DNA of 64,000 bases from a virus: positions 6,969 to 70,968 of the IMG/VR virus record IMGVR_UViG_3300031227_000034; one strand, given 5' to 3'. The translations under genes were made by a program, and so were the position numbers. Shown here piece by piece: positions 26,422 to 35,721 of the stretch (positions are counted from its first letter, which is position 1; each line of letters opens with the position of its first letter). The notes under the pieces are model-generated. The model was not told the origin of the DNA and did not search any database. It was given only the letters and a program-made list of their open reading frames with translations.

Positions 26422-26555
26422 TTACATTTTCCTTTCGTTTAAGTTTTGAGTATATTACAGTTTTTTATGTTATAAGTCAAGTGTTTTTATTTTTATTTTT
26501 TTGTTGACATTTGGTTTTTTATTTGCTAGTATTCTTTTCACAGGAGGAAACTAAA

Positions 26556-26855
26556 ATGAAAAAAAACTGGAAAAAAGAAAACGAAAAATTGTTTGTGATG
26601 AAACATGACACCATTGAATTTAGTGTTGAACTCGAAGGAAGCCCGAACTGGATTGTTTCTAGCGAAGAGCTTGGTGAGTATTACACTTTGGGGTATGTAG
26701 TTTATGGAAGCGAAAAGCAACTGCTAGAAGACGCAACAAAACTTGTGGTGAAAGAACTCAGGGCATGTGTGTCGCTGTTAATTAATAAGCTTTTTGAGGT
26801 CAACGAAAGGCTTGAGGGTCTTGACGGAAAGCCACGAACTTTCGATGGAGAATAA
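26556..26855 (+). CDS. hypothetical protein
   Basis: AGGAGG RBS before MKKNWK; upstream TTGACA promoter. Confidence 0.6.
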   Translation: MKKNWKKENEKLFVMKHDTIEFSVELEGSPNWIVSSEELGEYYTLGYVVYGSEKQLLEDATKLVVKELRACVSLLINKLFEVNERLEGLDGKPRTFDGE

Positions 26856-26856
26856 A

Positions 26857-27210
26857 ATGGCTAATAGTCCTAAAATTTACAAAAGCACACTTAAGCCAAA
26901 AATATTTGTTGACAATATTTATCCAAAACTAAACAAGTGTCCATCGGGATTTGTTGTTGATTATTATTTTGCAGATATGTGCAAATACGATGTGTGGTCA
27001 ATAGACTGCCCAAATAGAGAGCCGTGTAAATACGAAGACTTATGCGAAAGCATTGGAACAAACGATAAAGAGCATACAATGCTTTCAGAAAACGAACAAA
27101 TACAAATAGTTGCAGACATGTGGAACAAGTGGACTAAAGAAATTGAAATTTGCGATTCCTGCAAAAACGAAAACCAAAATGAATGTCACGAATGTAAAGG
27201 AGATGAATAA
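26857..27210 (+). CDS. Cys-rich hypothetical protein
   Basis: GGAG before MANSPK. Confidence 0.55.
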   Translation: MANSPKIYKSTLKPKIFVDNIYPKLNKCPSGFVVDYYFADMCKYDVWSIDCPNREPCKYEDLCESIGTNDKEHTMLSENEQIQIVADMWNKWTKEIEICDSCKNENQNECHECKGDE

Positions 27211-27473
27211 TGAGTATCGAAGATTTTGTAAAATCTAATGACCAATTTAGTGTAGCAGGAATATCCGAAACAGAGATGTTGTCAATAGTTCAATATTTGC
27301 ACGAATTAGAGCCAACATTTTTTGAATGCGAAGATGGTCTTTTTTCATTATTATCCGCTGCCGAAAATAGCGCAAGTTATACCAAGGGCGAGGCTGCTGA
27401 TGTAATTACTGGTTTTTTGTTTGCAATAAGGTGTTTTGAGGTTTTTGAGCCGCAAGAAAATGGAGAGGAATAA
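27210..27473 (+). CDS. acidic hypothetical protein
   Basis: coupled ORF, AAGGAG. Confidence 0.55.
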   Translation: MSIEDFVKSNDQFSVAGISETEMLSIVQYLHELEPTFFECEDGLFSLLSAAENSASYTKGEAADVITGFLFAIRCFEVFEPQENGEE

Positions 27474-27474
27474 T

Positions 27475-27855
27475 ATGACAGCCCATGAAATTTTAGCATA
27501 TGCTTTTTGTATAATATTTTTCGTTCCTGTGGTGACTTTTGTTTGGAGATTTGATTCTGGATTTTTTTCTATTGTTAAGTCTTTCTTTGTTCATTTTGCA
27601 TATGCAAGCTTTTGTTTAAATATTGTTGGCATTAATATTGTGTTTTTTCTTTGCCTGATATTGCCTACAGTAACTATTGTTTTTTTTAGTGAGGAAAAAG
27701 AAAATATAATTACCTTCGCAAAACTAAAGACGCTTGAAAATATGCATAAATATTTAACCACAAGATGCGAAAAAAGCAAAAAAGCAATGGTTAGATGGGC
27801 GAATGTTTGTAGTTTTTTATATAAGTGTGGCGTAAAGGATAAAGATAATGCCTGA
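27475..27855 (+). CDS. membrane protein
   Basis: two to three hydrophobic segments. Confidence 0.55.
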   Translation: MTAHEILAYAFCIIFFVPVVTFVWRFDSGFFSIVKSFFVHFAYASFCLNIVGINIVFFLCLILPTVTIVFFSEEKENIITFAKLKTLENMHKYLTTRCEKSKKAMVRWANVCSFLYKCGVKDKDNA

Positions 27856-28174
27856 ATACAGTATATATAAAATACACAAAGACGGAAAGTTTTCTAGTGG
27901 CGGCACATATCCTAAGTTTACACGCCTCGGAAAAACGTGGAATTGTATGGGCCATGTAAATTCTCACCTTAAGTTTTGCAAAAGATATAATGATGATACG
28001 TATTCACAACACAAACTTGATGTATATAAAGATGCAGAACTCTTGGAAATTACATTCTGTATAGAAACTGGATGGTCACAGATTGTTAAAACAAAAATGA
28101 GCGACATAATGAAAACCACAAAGCCAGAACTGACTAAACCGCAATATATTTGCAAATCAGACGAAAGGAAATAA
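27848..28174 (+). CDS. phage hypothetical protein
   Basis: FSSGG..PKF...GKTW...H. Confidence 0.6.
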   Translation: MPEYSIYKIHKDGKFSSGGTYPKFTRLGKTWNCMGHVNSHLKFCKRYNDDTYSQHKLDVYKDAELLEITFCIETGWSQIVKTKMSDIMKTTKPELTKPQYICKSDERK

Positions 28175-28176
28175 AG

Positions 28177-28407
28177 ATGACTATAGAAATAATAATGTTT
28201 TTAATTGGATTTCTTGCAGGGGTTGGTACAATGATAATTATGTTTATACCACGAATAAACCTAGCAAAACAGTTATTAAACCTGCAAAATGATTACGAGA
28301 CACTATTTGGCAAGCAAAAGAGTTTGATGAAAGACTATATTGACCTAATGAATGCTGTTAAAAAATCAAAGGAGAAAGAATTATGCATAGAGACACAAGA
28401 AAAGTAA
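28177..28407 (+). CDS. small membrane-anchored coiled-coil protein
   Basis: N-terminal TM. Confidence 0.5.
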   Translation: MTIEIIMFLIGFLAGVGTMIIMFIPRINLAKQLLNLQNDYETLFGKQKSLMKDYIDLMNAVKKSKEKELCIETQEK

Positions 28408-28575
28408 TACAGGATATATTTGTTATCATACTCGGAGCAGGACTTATTTTGGGATTAATGTATAAAATTACAGCAATATAGACAACGACAAAATACACCT
28501 AAAAATAAAAGTAATAAGCCATGTCGTATCAACAGAAAGCATTATTTTCGTTTTTGTATATAAAGGAGAGAATCA

Positions 28576-29508
28576 GTGGATAACTGGGAGCTAGAAGAAA
28601 GACAAAAACTACCGCTAGATATTAAAATAAACATGACTAAAGAAAGAATTAAAGAGTGGTACAACCATTTTGACGGCAAGGTTTATGTAAGTTTTTCTGG
28701 AGGCAAAGATTCTACCGTTTTATTGGATATCGTCAGGTCTGTTTATCCCGATGTTGTTGGCGTGTTTGTGGATACTGGCTTGGAATATCCAGAAATAAGA
28801 AGTTTTGTCAAAACTGTTGATAATGTAATTTGGCTTAAACCCAAAATGAGTTTTAGAGACGTGATAAAAAAGCACGGGTATCCCGTGATCTCCAAAGAGC
28901 AATCTTGTGCGATTAGCAGATATAGAAATACAAAGGATATAGTACAGAAATACCGAAGGTTGAATGGGTGGCCAAAAGGTAAAAAAGGTATGATTTCTAA
29001 AAAATGGCAGTATTTAATAACTGCTGATTTTAAGATTAGTGATGCTTGTTGTGATAAGTTGAAGAAAAACCCATTAAAGCTTTTTGCTAAAAAATCAGGA
29101 AAACATCCGATGATGGGGATGATGGCAGGAGAGAGTAGAAACAGGCAAATGATGTATTTAAAAAACGGGTGCAATGGGTTTGAAATGAAATCACCTGTTT
29201 CTTGGCCTATTGCATTTTGGTCAGAAAAAGACATTTGGGATTATATAAAAACTAATGAAATAGCATATTCTAAAATATACGACATGGGATACGACAGAAC
29301 AGGATGTATGTTTTGCATGTTTGGAGTTCATTTTGAAGATAATGGAAACAACAGATTTCATAAAATGAAAAAGACACACCCAAAACAATATAAATATTGT
29401 ATTGAAAAACTTGGGATAGGAGAGGTTCTTGATTTTATGAATATTGATTATAACGGAAGATATGAAATGATGTTTGGAGAAGACAATGAAGAGATGCGAA
29501 ACGTATGA
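28576..29508 (+). CDS. PAPS reductase family (PP-loop) protein
   Basis: YVSFSGGKDSTVL, DTGLEYPE, CC..LKK.P, RTGCMFCMFG. Confidence 0.9.
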   Translation: MDNWELEERQKLPLDIKINMTKERIKEWYNHFDGKVYVSFSGGKDSTVLLDIVRSVYPDVVGVFVDTGLEYPEIRSFVKTVDNVIWLKPKMSFRDVIKKHGYPVISKEQSCAISRYRNTKDIVQKYRRLNGWPKGKKGMISKKWQYLITADFKISDACCDKLKKNPLKLFAKKSGKHPMMGMMAGESRNRQMMYLKNGCNGFEMKSPVSWPIAFWSEKDIWDYIKTNEIAYSKIYDMGYDRTGCMFCMFGVHFEDNGNNRFHKMKKTHPKQYKYCIEKLGIGEVLDFMNIDYNGRYEMMFGEDNEEMRNV

Positions 29509-29815
29509 AATAAAAATATACTGTGGTGCGATGCATAATGGAAAAACAGTTGAATTTAGCAAAATACTAAAAATAATGCAGTCATATTGTAATAATGGTT
29601 TTTGTGTCTCGGTAACTGAAACGCATTATGTATACAAAAACGGAATGGAGAGAGGGGTCGTTGTGGGATTAATAAACTACCCAAGATTCCCTGTTTCTGT
29701 TTTTGTACTTGAGCAACATGCGAAAAACATTGCTGCCATGCTGAAAGAAAAGCTGAGCCAAGACCGTTTGAGCATAGTTTATCCAGACAGAACCGAGACT
29801 ATAGGAGTTTTATAG
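29486..29815 (+). CDS. phage hypothetical protein
   Basis: CVSVT.T.YVY..G.E.G..VGLINYPRFP. Confidence 0.6.
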   Translation: MKRCETYEIKIYCGAMHNGKTVEFSKILKIMQSYCNNGFCVSVTETHYVYKNGMERGVVVGLINYPRFPVSVFVLEQHAKNIAAMLKEKLSQDRLSIVYPDRTETIGVL

Positions 29816-29858
29816 TGGTTCGCAAACTGTTATAAATAATACGCCTAAAAATAAAAAC

Positions 29859-29887
29859 TTGACAAAGGGGGACAGATATGCTATTTT
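29859..29887 (+). promoter_or_regulatory. sigma70-like promoter of morphogenesis operon
   Basis: TTGACA-N17-TATTTT with TG extension. Confidence 0.55.
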
Positions 29888-29925
29888 TATATAAGATGAA
29901 ATAAATGTATAAATTTAGGTGATAT

Positions 29926-31263
29926 TTGACAACCAAGTATATTGATACAAAGCTCGACCCTAACCAAGATAACTCTTGGGCGGAGCTTTTAGACCAACCT
30001 AGCGTTCCCACCATACAGAAAAAAAGCAAAGCCACCAGAATTGTAATACCATCTTCCGCAAACAACCAAAAAGTCGCAAAAAACTATAGCCTACAAGAAT
30101 CTGTTGACTTTGGATACAAAATAAACCCCATAGTTTTCTCCTGTATTAAAATGAATATGGGTGCTTGTGCAAATCCGCCGTGGATTGTAAAAGAAAGAAA
30201 AGGAAACCGTTGGGAACTTGCGAAACCAGAACACGAACTCTACGACATCCTGAGAAAACCTAATCCGTTTTTAACTTGGGATATGTTGATGCAGTTTATG
30301 TCAGCAAGGTCAGACCTTTCTGGAACATTTTACCTTTTTAAAAATAAACTTAAGGGGAAAACAAAAGAACTGTGGATTTTAAACCCAGACTATGTTGCCC
30401 CTGTAATATCTCAAAGCAAATTTATTTCTCATTATGAATATAATGTTGGCGGAACAATACAAAAAATTCCGGCAAAGGATATAATTTCTTATTTGCAGGT
30501 TGACCCGTCAAGTCTATTCAAGGGAATAGGGGCGACACAGGCCGGAGCGTCAACCATTGATTCAGACAACAGCGCAGCCGATTGGCAAAAAACATCTTTT
30601 GAAAATGGATGTAAACCAGCCGGAGCGTTTATGTTTACTCATCCAATGGATGAAGATCAATATCAGGCAGCCTCAGAAGCAATGCACGAAACCGTTTTAG
30701 GAACACCAAACTCAGGCGTACCGCTTATATTAGGCTCTGACGTAAAATATCAACAGCTATCTCTTAATGCAACAGAAATGGATTATGTTGCGTCAAGGAA
30801 TGCAAGCCAAGCACAAATATGTGCAATGTATGGAGTCCCAGAAACACTAATTGACCCCGGAAATAGCCAAAACTCAAGTGACTATCCAACCGCAAAACAA
30901 TCCCTGTGGGACTTTTCAATACTTCCAAGATTAAAGTCATTTGTTGATACTGTTAATTTTTATTTAGTTACTCCCGAATACGGCAACGATGTAAAATACT
31001 CCATAGACATATCAAAGGTTGACGCACTTCTCCCGATGCTTAAGGCAAAACTTGAAAGTGCAAAAATAATGGATAGCATGGGAATACCGCTCAGAGACAC
31101 AGACGAACTATTAGGGATAAACTTAGACATAGACAAAATCATTGGTGCGGACAAGGGATACAGAGCTATGAATTTGTGGCCTGTCACCGGAAAAAACCCT
31201 GTTGTTGAAAATGCAAAACCAACTGCCGAGGGGCAAACAGGAATAGCAAAACCAAAGAAATAA
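29926..31263 (+). CDS. portal protein (HK97 family)
   Basis: H.L..IL.KPNP, L..LNPD.V, F.NG..PAG, IC..YGVP, ILPRL; first gene of head module. Confidence 0.9.
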   Translation: MTTKYIDTKLDPNQDNSWAELLDQPSVPTIQKKSKATRIVIPSSANNQKVAKNYSLQESVDFGYKINPIVFSCIKMNMGACANPPWIVKERKGNRWELAKPEHELYDILRKPNPFLTWDMLMQFMSARSDLSGTFYLFKNKLKGKTKELWILNPDYVAPVISQSKFISHYEYNVGGTIQKIPAKDIISYLQVDPSSLFKGIGATQAGASTIDSDNSAADWQKTSFENGCKPAGAFMFTHPMDEDQYQAASEAMHETVLGTPNSGVPLILGSDVKYQQLSLNATEMDYVASRNASQAQICAMYGVPETLIDPGNSQNSSDYPTAKQSLWDFSILPRLKSFVDTVNFYLVTPEYGNDVKYSIDISKVDALLPMLKAKLESAKIMDSMGIPLRDTDELLGINLDIDKIIGADKGYRAMNLWPVTGKNPVVENAKPTAEGQTGIAKPKK

Positions 31264-31273
31264 GAGGAATAGA

Positions 31274-31963
31274 ATGAAGCGAGAAACAAAAGCACTACCA
31301 TTCAGTTATGAGATAAAAGAAAAAGAAGACGGAGATTGGGAGTTTTCTGGATATGCAGCAACTTTTGGCGGAAAGCCAGACAGCTATGGAGACGTAATTC
31401 AAAAAGGTGCTTTTAAGAAAACTATTGACGAGCGTTTCCCAAAAAATCAAATTAAGATTCTTTGGCAGCACGACACAAGGCAACCGCTTGGAATCCCAAT
31501 AAAAATATACGAAGACGAAGTTGGTCTTTTTGTTGAAGGAAAAATCACGGGAACCACATTCGGAAAAGATGTAAAAAAACACGTTGTCGCTAAAGTTATA
31601 GACAAGATGTCTATTGGATATAGAACAATTATACAAGAATACAACCAAGAAACAGAGATAAGAACACTTAAAGAGGTTAAGTTATACGAGTTTTCTCTGG
31701 TTACATTCCCTGCAAACGATAACGCAACAATAGACAGCGTGAAAGAAGAAAACGAAATGAAAGAAGAACTAAAAGAATTAACCGATTTGGTTAAAGAGTT
31801 GACTGAAAAAGTCAAAACATTGGAAGATATTAACTGTAAAGCACTCGAATCAGAAAATGAGCCGGAAGATTCCACTCAAGAAGATGTTGAGCCGCAAGAA
31901 AAAACAGATGATGAAGTAGAGCAGGATGACATGGCGAATCTTGCAGATTTTTTAAGAAATTAA
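31274..31963 (+). CDS. HK97-family prohead protease
   Basis: FSGYAATF, DSYGDVIQKGAF, LWQHD, MSIGY, LYEFSLVTFPAN. Confidence 0.95.
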   Translation: MKRETKALPFSYEIKEKEDGDWEFSGYAATFGGKPDSYGDVIQKGAFKKTIDERFPKNQIKILWQHDTRQPLGIPIKIYEDEVGLFVEGKITGTTFGKDVKKHVVAKVIDKMSIGYRTIIQEYNQETEIRTLKEVKLYEFSLVTFPANDNATIDSVKEENEMKEELKELTDLVKELTEKVKTLEDINCKALESENEPEDSTQEDVEPQEKTDDEVEQDDMANLADFLRN

Positions 31964-31976
31964 ACGAGGAAAAACA

Positions 31977-33416
31977 ATGGCTACCGAAAACTTAACAGAA
32001 GTAAAAGAACTACTGAGCGAAAAATTCAGCGGTGTAGAAGAAAAATTTAAAACAATCTCCGAGAGTATCGAAGAGCGAGATGTTGCCAGCGGTAAAGACA
32101 AAGAAGAAGCCGCCAAGCGTGGTGACGAAGCTGCCGAGCAAATCAAGTCTATGGAAGCAGAAATGTTGCAACTGAAGACCGAAAACTCAGAAATTAAAAA
32201 ATGGCAAGAAGAAAAAGAGCTTGCTGCTGGCCGTCTTGAAGAAAACCAAGAAAACAGCCACAAGTCTGTTGGCGAAATGCTTACCGACAACCCGGAATTT
32301 AAAAAAGCAGTTGACAACAAGCAGAATTTTGGAATGCATATTGAAGGCAAAGCACTCACGTCTTCGACTGTTGGCTCTATGGCAACATCAACCATCTATA
32401 CCAATCCAGAACTTCTCGCCAACCCAGACCCCCTGTTGCACATGAGAGATTTGCTTAGAATGGTTCCGGTACAGGGCGGAACAGTGCAATTAATTAAAGA
32501 AACTGGCTTTTCTAACTTGCTGACATCCCTAACTGCGACTGTTGGTTCTGGTGCTACCAGTGTTGCCGTTGCAAATCCACAGGGTTTTTATGTTGGACAA
32601 ACCGTAACATTGGTTGACGGTGCCAACACTGTAGATTTTGTTGTAACTGTCGTTGACTTGGCAGCCAAAACTCTGGCCTGTGCGTCAATCACAACTTCGC
32701 ACACCTACGCCGTTGCAACCACAAGAGTTACTACAACTTCTTTTGCACCGACACAAGAGGGAGAAATTAAAATAGAGAGTGATTTTACGACTGCCCTCGA
32801 AACACTGACCCTAGAAACTCTGGCTCACTTTATTGATGTGACAAACCAAATGTTGCAGGATGCACCTCTTTTGAGAGATCGCATTAACAATAAGTTGTTG
32901 CAGGGTCTTTACACATCCGAAGATCAACAGTTGATGTCCGGGACAGGAACAGACCCCAACTTAACTGGTATTTTGAACACAACCGGAATCCAGACTTACT
33001 CTTGGAGTTCAGGCGTTATTGGCGACAACCAAATTGATGCAGTATTGAAGGCTTCAATTTTGGCAACCGTAACCAATTACGTTTCAGACGCAGTAGTGAT
33101 GAATTTCACCGACTATGCCAATCTGAAAACTATGAAGGGTACTTCCTCAAATTATCTCTTGGCACAGGATGCTAAAGAAATTTGGATGATTCCGATGGTT
33201 CCAGCAACATTTATTACAGCCGGAACATTCCTTACTGGTTCATTCAGCCAAGGTGCTGCTGTTTATTACCATGACGGAGTTGAAATTGCATACGACCCCT
33301 ATGGTTCTAACTTCAAGAAAAATATGTCCACAATCCGTGGTGAAGAAAGACTCATCCTTGGTGTTGAAAGACCACAAGCATTTGTCAAAGGTACTTGGGA
33401 CAACGCACCAGTTTAA
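31977..33416 (+). CDS. HK97-fold major capsid protein with delta domain and E-loop insertion
   Basis: N-terminal coiled coil; RDLL, EG..K, L.DAP.L, EDQQL.SG.G...L.GIL, F.KNM..IR.EER....V.RP.AF. Confidence 0.93.
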   Translation: MATENLTEVKELLSEKFSGVEEKFKTISESIEERDVASGKDKEEAAKRGDEAAEQIKSMEAEMLQLKTENSEIKKWQEEKELAAGRLEENQENSHKSVGEMLTDNPEFKKAVDNKQNFGMHIEGKALTSSTVGSMATSTIYTNPELLANPDPLLHMRDLLRMVPVQGGTVQLIKETGFSNLLTSLTATVGSGATSVAVANPQGFYVGQTVTLVDGANTVDFVVTVVDLAAKTLACASITTSHTYAVATTRVTTTSFAPTQEGEIKIESDFTTALETLTLETLAHFIDVTNQMLQDAPLLRDRINNKLLQGLYTSEDQQLMSGTGTDPNLTGILNTTGIQTYSWSSGVIGDNQIDAVLKASILATVTNYVSDAVVMNFTDYANLKTMKGTSSNYLLAQDAKEIWMIPMVPATFITAGTFLTGSFSQGAAVYYHDGVEIAYDPYGSNFKKNMSTIRGEERLILGVERPQAFVKGTWDNAPV

Positions 33417-33426
33417 ACAACAACTT

Positions 33427-33452
33427 TAAAGGGGTCGATATCGACCCCTTTA
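33427..33452 (+). terminator. perfect palindrome / terminator after capsid gene
   Basis: TAAAGGGGTCGATATCGACCCCTTTA. Confidence 0.7.
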
Positions 33453-33471
33453 TCCTTTAAGGAGGAAATAA

Positions 33472-34371
33472 ATGGCAGCATTAAGCGGTCAATGTAAAAT
33501 ATTCGGAGCTACACTAATTGGTGAAAGCTCCATAACAACTTTAAATACTGCAATAGATGTATATTTAACAAACGGAGTTGACGGAATAGAAGATGGCTCA
33601 AAAATATCTAGTGATACATCTGTATCAAATTCTGAGTCTGCTATAATTCAAGTTTCATCTGTTTGTGTTGGTGGCGAAAGAGCCGGAGCAACACCTTTGG
33701 CAAATGAAGCTAAAGTGTTTAGAACAATCTTCCATAAAGACGCAATCCCGGCTCGGGTCATTGCTTTACAGGCTGAAATTGATGACTGGCTTGACAATGG
33801 AATTAATGGCGGATCAAGAATTGATTGCCAACTTTCTCTTGAACCTGCTGGAAACGGCGCTGTAGCGGCTGTTGCTATTGTTTCTGTGGTGTATATTGAT
33901 ACTGATGCATATGCTGCAAGTGCAATTTCAATCGAAGATACCGCAGGTGTATTTACAGGCGAAAATGTCGAAACAGTCACCAATGAGCTTTATGACAAAA
34001 TTCAAGACTATGAAAATGTTGTAACACCTGCTCTGGATGAACTCTTCAAATACCAAATGTTAGGCTACGGCGACCCCGGCGATGGTAATGCAATTCCGGT
34101 GGATGTTAGTGGTTCTTATGCAATAACTACAGCCGCAGCCGAAACAAATCCTTTGGCAATCCCGACCTTTGAAGGCCAACGGATTCAGATCAACTGCGAT
34201 GTATATGCTGTTGGCGATAGAGTAATCACAGCGGCAAGTGCAATCAATGTTGGCGGCAACACAATTATGACCTTTGGCGCTGCCGATGATATGATTTTGT
34301 TGCAGGCTGTACAGGTTGCGGGTGTCCTTGCTTGGCGCATTATTGTTAATATTGGTGTGGCATTAAGCTAA
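33472..34371 (+). CDS. virion protein, possible head decoration
   Basis: directly after capsid; Ala/Gly/Thr-rich, beta-rich C-terminus. Confidence 0.55.
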   Translation: MAALSGQCKIFGATLIGESSITTLNTAIDVYLTNGVDGIEDGSKISSDTSVSNSESAIIQVSSVCVGGERAGATPLANEAKVFRTIFHKDAIPARVIALQAEIDDWLDNGINGGSRIDCQLSLEPAGNGAVAAVAIVSVVYIDTDAYAASAISIEDTAGVFTGENVETVTNELYDKIQDYENVVTPALDELFKYQMLGYGDPGDGNAIPVDVSGSYAITTAAAETNPLAIPTFEGQRIQINCDVYAVGDRVITAASAINVGGNTIMTFGAADDMILLQAVQVAGVLAWRIIVNIGVALS

Positions 34372-34383
34372 TAAGGAGCGGAC

Positions 34384-34833
34384 ATGATTAAAGTTATTGC
34401 AACAAAAGAATGTCAATGCACCGAAAGCATTGAACAGGGTAGACTTCATTTTGAAATAGGCGAAGTATTTGGTGTTGTTGATGAAAACAGGGTTTCTGCC
34501 CTAGAGCAAGTTGGCTTGGCAGAATTATATATTGAGCCAGAAATAGACGAGACTAAAATGCTCGAGCCTATTTTTGAGAACAAAATGGAAAGTTCTTTTT
34601 TTGAAAACAAAGAAGAAATTCCAGAAACAAAGACGGAAGAAATTGAAGAAATAAAGACAGAAGAGACAGAAGAAACAAAGATAGAAGAGACAGAAGAAAC
34701 AAAGATAGAAGAGATAGAAGAAATTCCTGAAACAAAGATAGAAGAGCCAAAAGAAGTTATTAAAGAGAAAGCCCCCGACAAGGCGAAAGTGGAGACAAAG
34801 AAACGCAAACGCAAGAATAAAAACAGAAAGTAA
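34384..34833 (+). CDS. head-region protein with acidic ETKIEE repeats and basic tail
   Basis: about 24-bp coding repeats at 34612-34746. Confidence 0.6.
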   Translation: MIKVIATKECQCTESIEQGRLHFEIGEVFGVVDENRVSALEQVGLAELYIEPEIDETKMLEPIFENKMESSFFENKEEIPETKTEEIEEIKTEETEETKIEETEETKIEEIEEIPETKIEEPKEVIKEKAPDKAKVETKKRKRKNKNRK

Positions 34834-34841
34834 TTTTTGTT

Positions 34842-34882
34842 CCCTCTTGGTGGTATTATCTCCGCTGCCAAGTGGGTTTTTT
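34842..34882 (+). terminator. intrinsic terminator-like hairpin
   Basis: CCCTCTTGGTGG...CTGCCAAGTGGG then T6. Confidence 0.55.
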
Positions 34883-34896
34883 AAGGAAAAAACAAT

Positions 34897-35220
34897 ATGG
34901 CCGAAGACACAATAAAATCACCCTTTGTAATATTAAGGGAAACAAGCTCCGCAGCACTAGCAGAAAACTGGAATGACCTCAAGGGGAATTTTGATTTCCC
35001 ATGTGGTTATGTTACCATAACGATAAAATCTAGCGTTGCAGCTATTTTTTCCGTTAAGGGAAGCAAAAACGAAGACGGAACTGGATATCACGAAATTGGA
35101 ACAATGGCTTTTTCTGGCTCTGACACAGACCATGTTTCTTTTGCCAACTCATATAGATATATAAGTGTATCAACGGCAACCTCTGTAACAAGCAGAGTAG
35201 AAATTATAGGTAAAATGTAA
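34897..35220 (+). CDS. virion-associated hypothetical protein
   Basis: position; beta-rich. Confidence 0.55.
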   Translation: MAEDTIKSPFVILRETSSAALAENWNDLKGNFDFPCGYVTITIKSSVAAIFSVKGSKNEDGTGYHEIGTMAFSGSDTDHVSFANSYRYISVSTATSVTSRVEIIGKM

Positions 35221-35591
35221 TGGCTGTTATTAAGACGGGATTTGAAAGCATTGTTGTAGACGTTGGGTCAATAGGCTCAATGCCTGCTCCAACGGCAACG
35301 GCATCCACCCTTGGAATGATTGATTCAAAAACAGTCACGGCTGCCGGAACTGCCGAACAAATAACTGCCACATCCACAAACTGTATTAAAATAGACATTA
35401 TGGCTTTGGCTGCAAACACTGGCAAGGTTTTTATCGGGTCATCTGCGGTTAATAGTTTGAATATCTTCCTTGAAGCAGGAGGTTCTTATTCTGTTACAGT
35501 GCCGAGTGGAAACTATGTTGATTTAAGTGAATATTATGTTGACTCTGCTGTTAGCGGAGAAGGCATTACCGTAAATTATTTGAGCATATAA
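35220..35591 (+). CDS. virion-associated hypothetical protein
   Basis: V..AGTAEQ, A..ANTG.VFIG, L..G.S, GEG pattern. Confidence 0.55.
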   Translation: MAVIKTGFESIVVDVGSIGSMPAPTATASTLGMIDSKTVTAAGTAEQITATSTNCIKIDIMALAANTGKVFIGSSAVNSLNIFLEAGGSYSVTVPSGNYVDLSEYYVDSAVSGEGITVNYLSI

Positions 35592-35592
35592 A

Positions 35593-35721
35593 ATGATAAA
35601 CAGAGCAAAATCCAACATAACAAGAGTGCCGCAATTTGGTGGACAGATTTGGTATGTTGACAAAAACGATGGCGATAACGCCAATGTTGCAAAACTTGAC
35701 GTTACATTTTTGGAAGCATAA
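35593..35721 (+). pseudogene. 42-codon probable remnant of a longer virion protein
   Basis: GGQIWYVDKNDGDNAN then ends. Confidence 0.35.
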
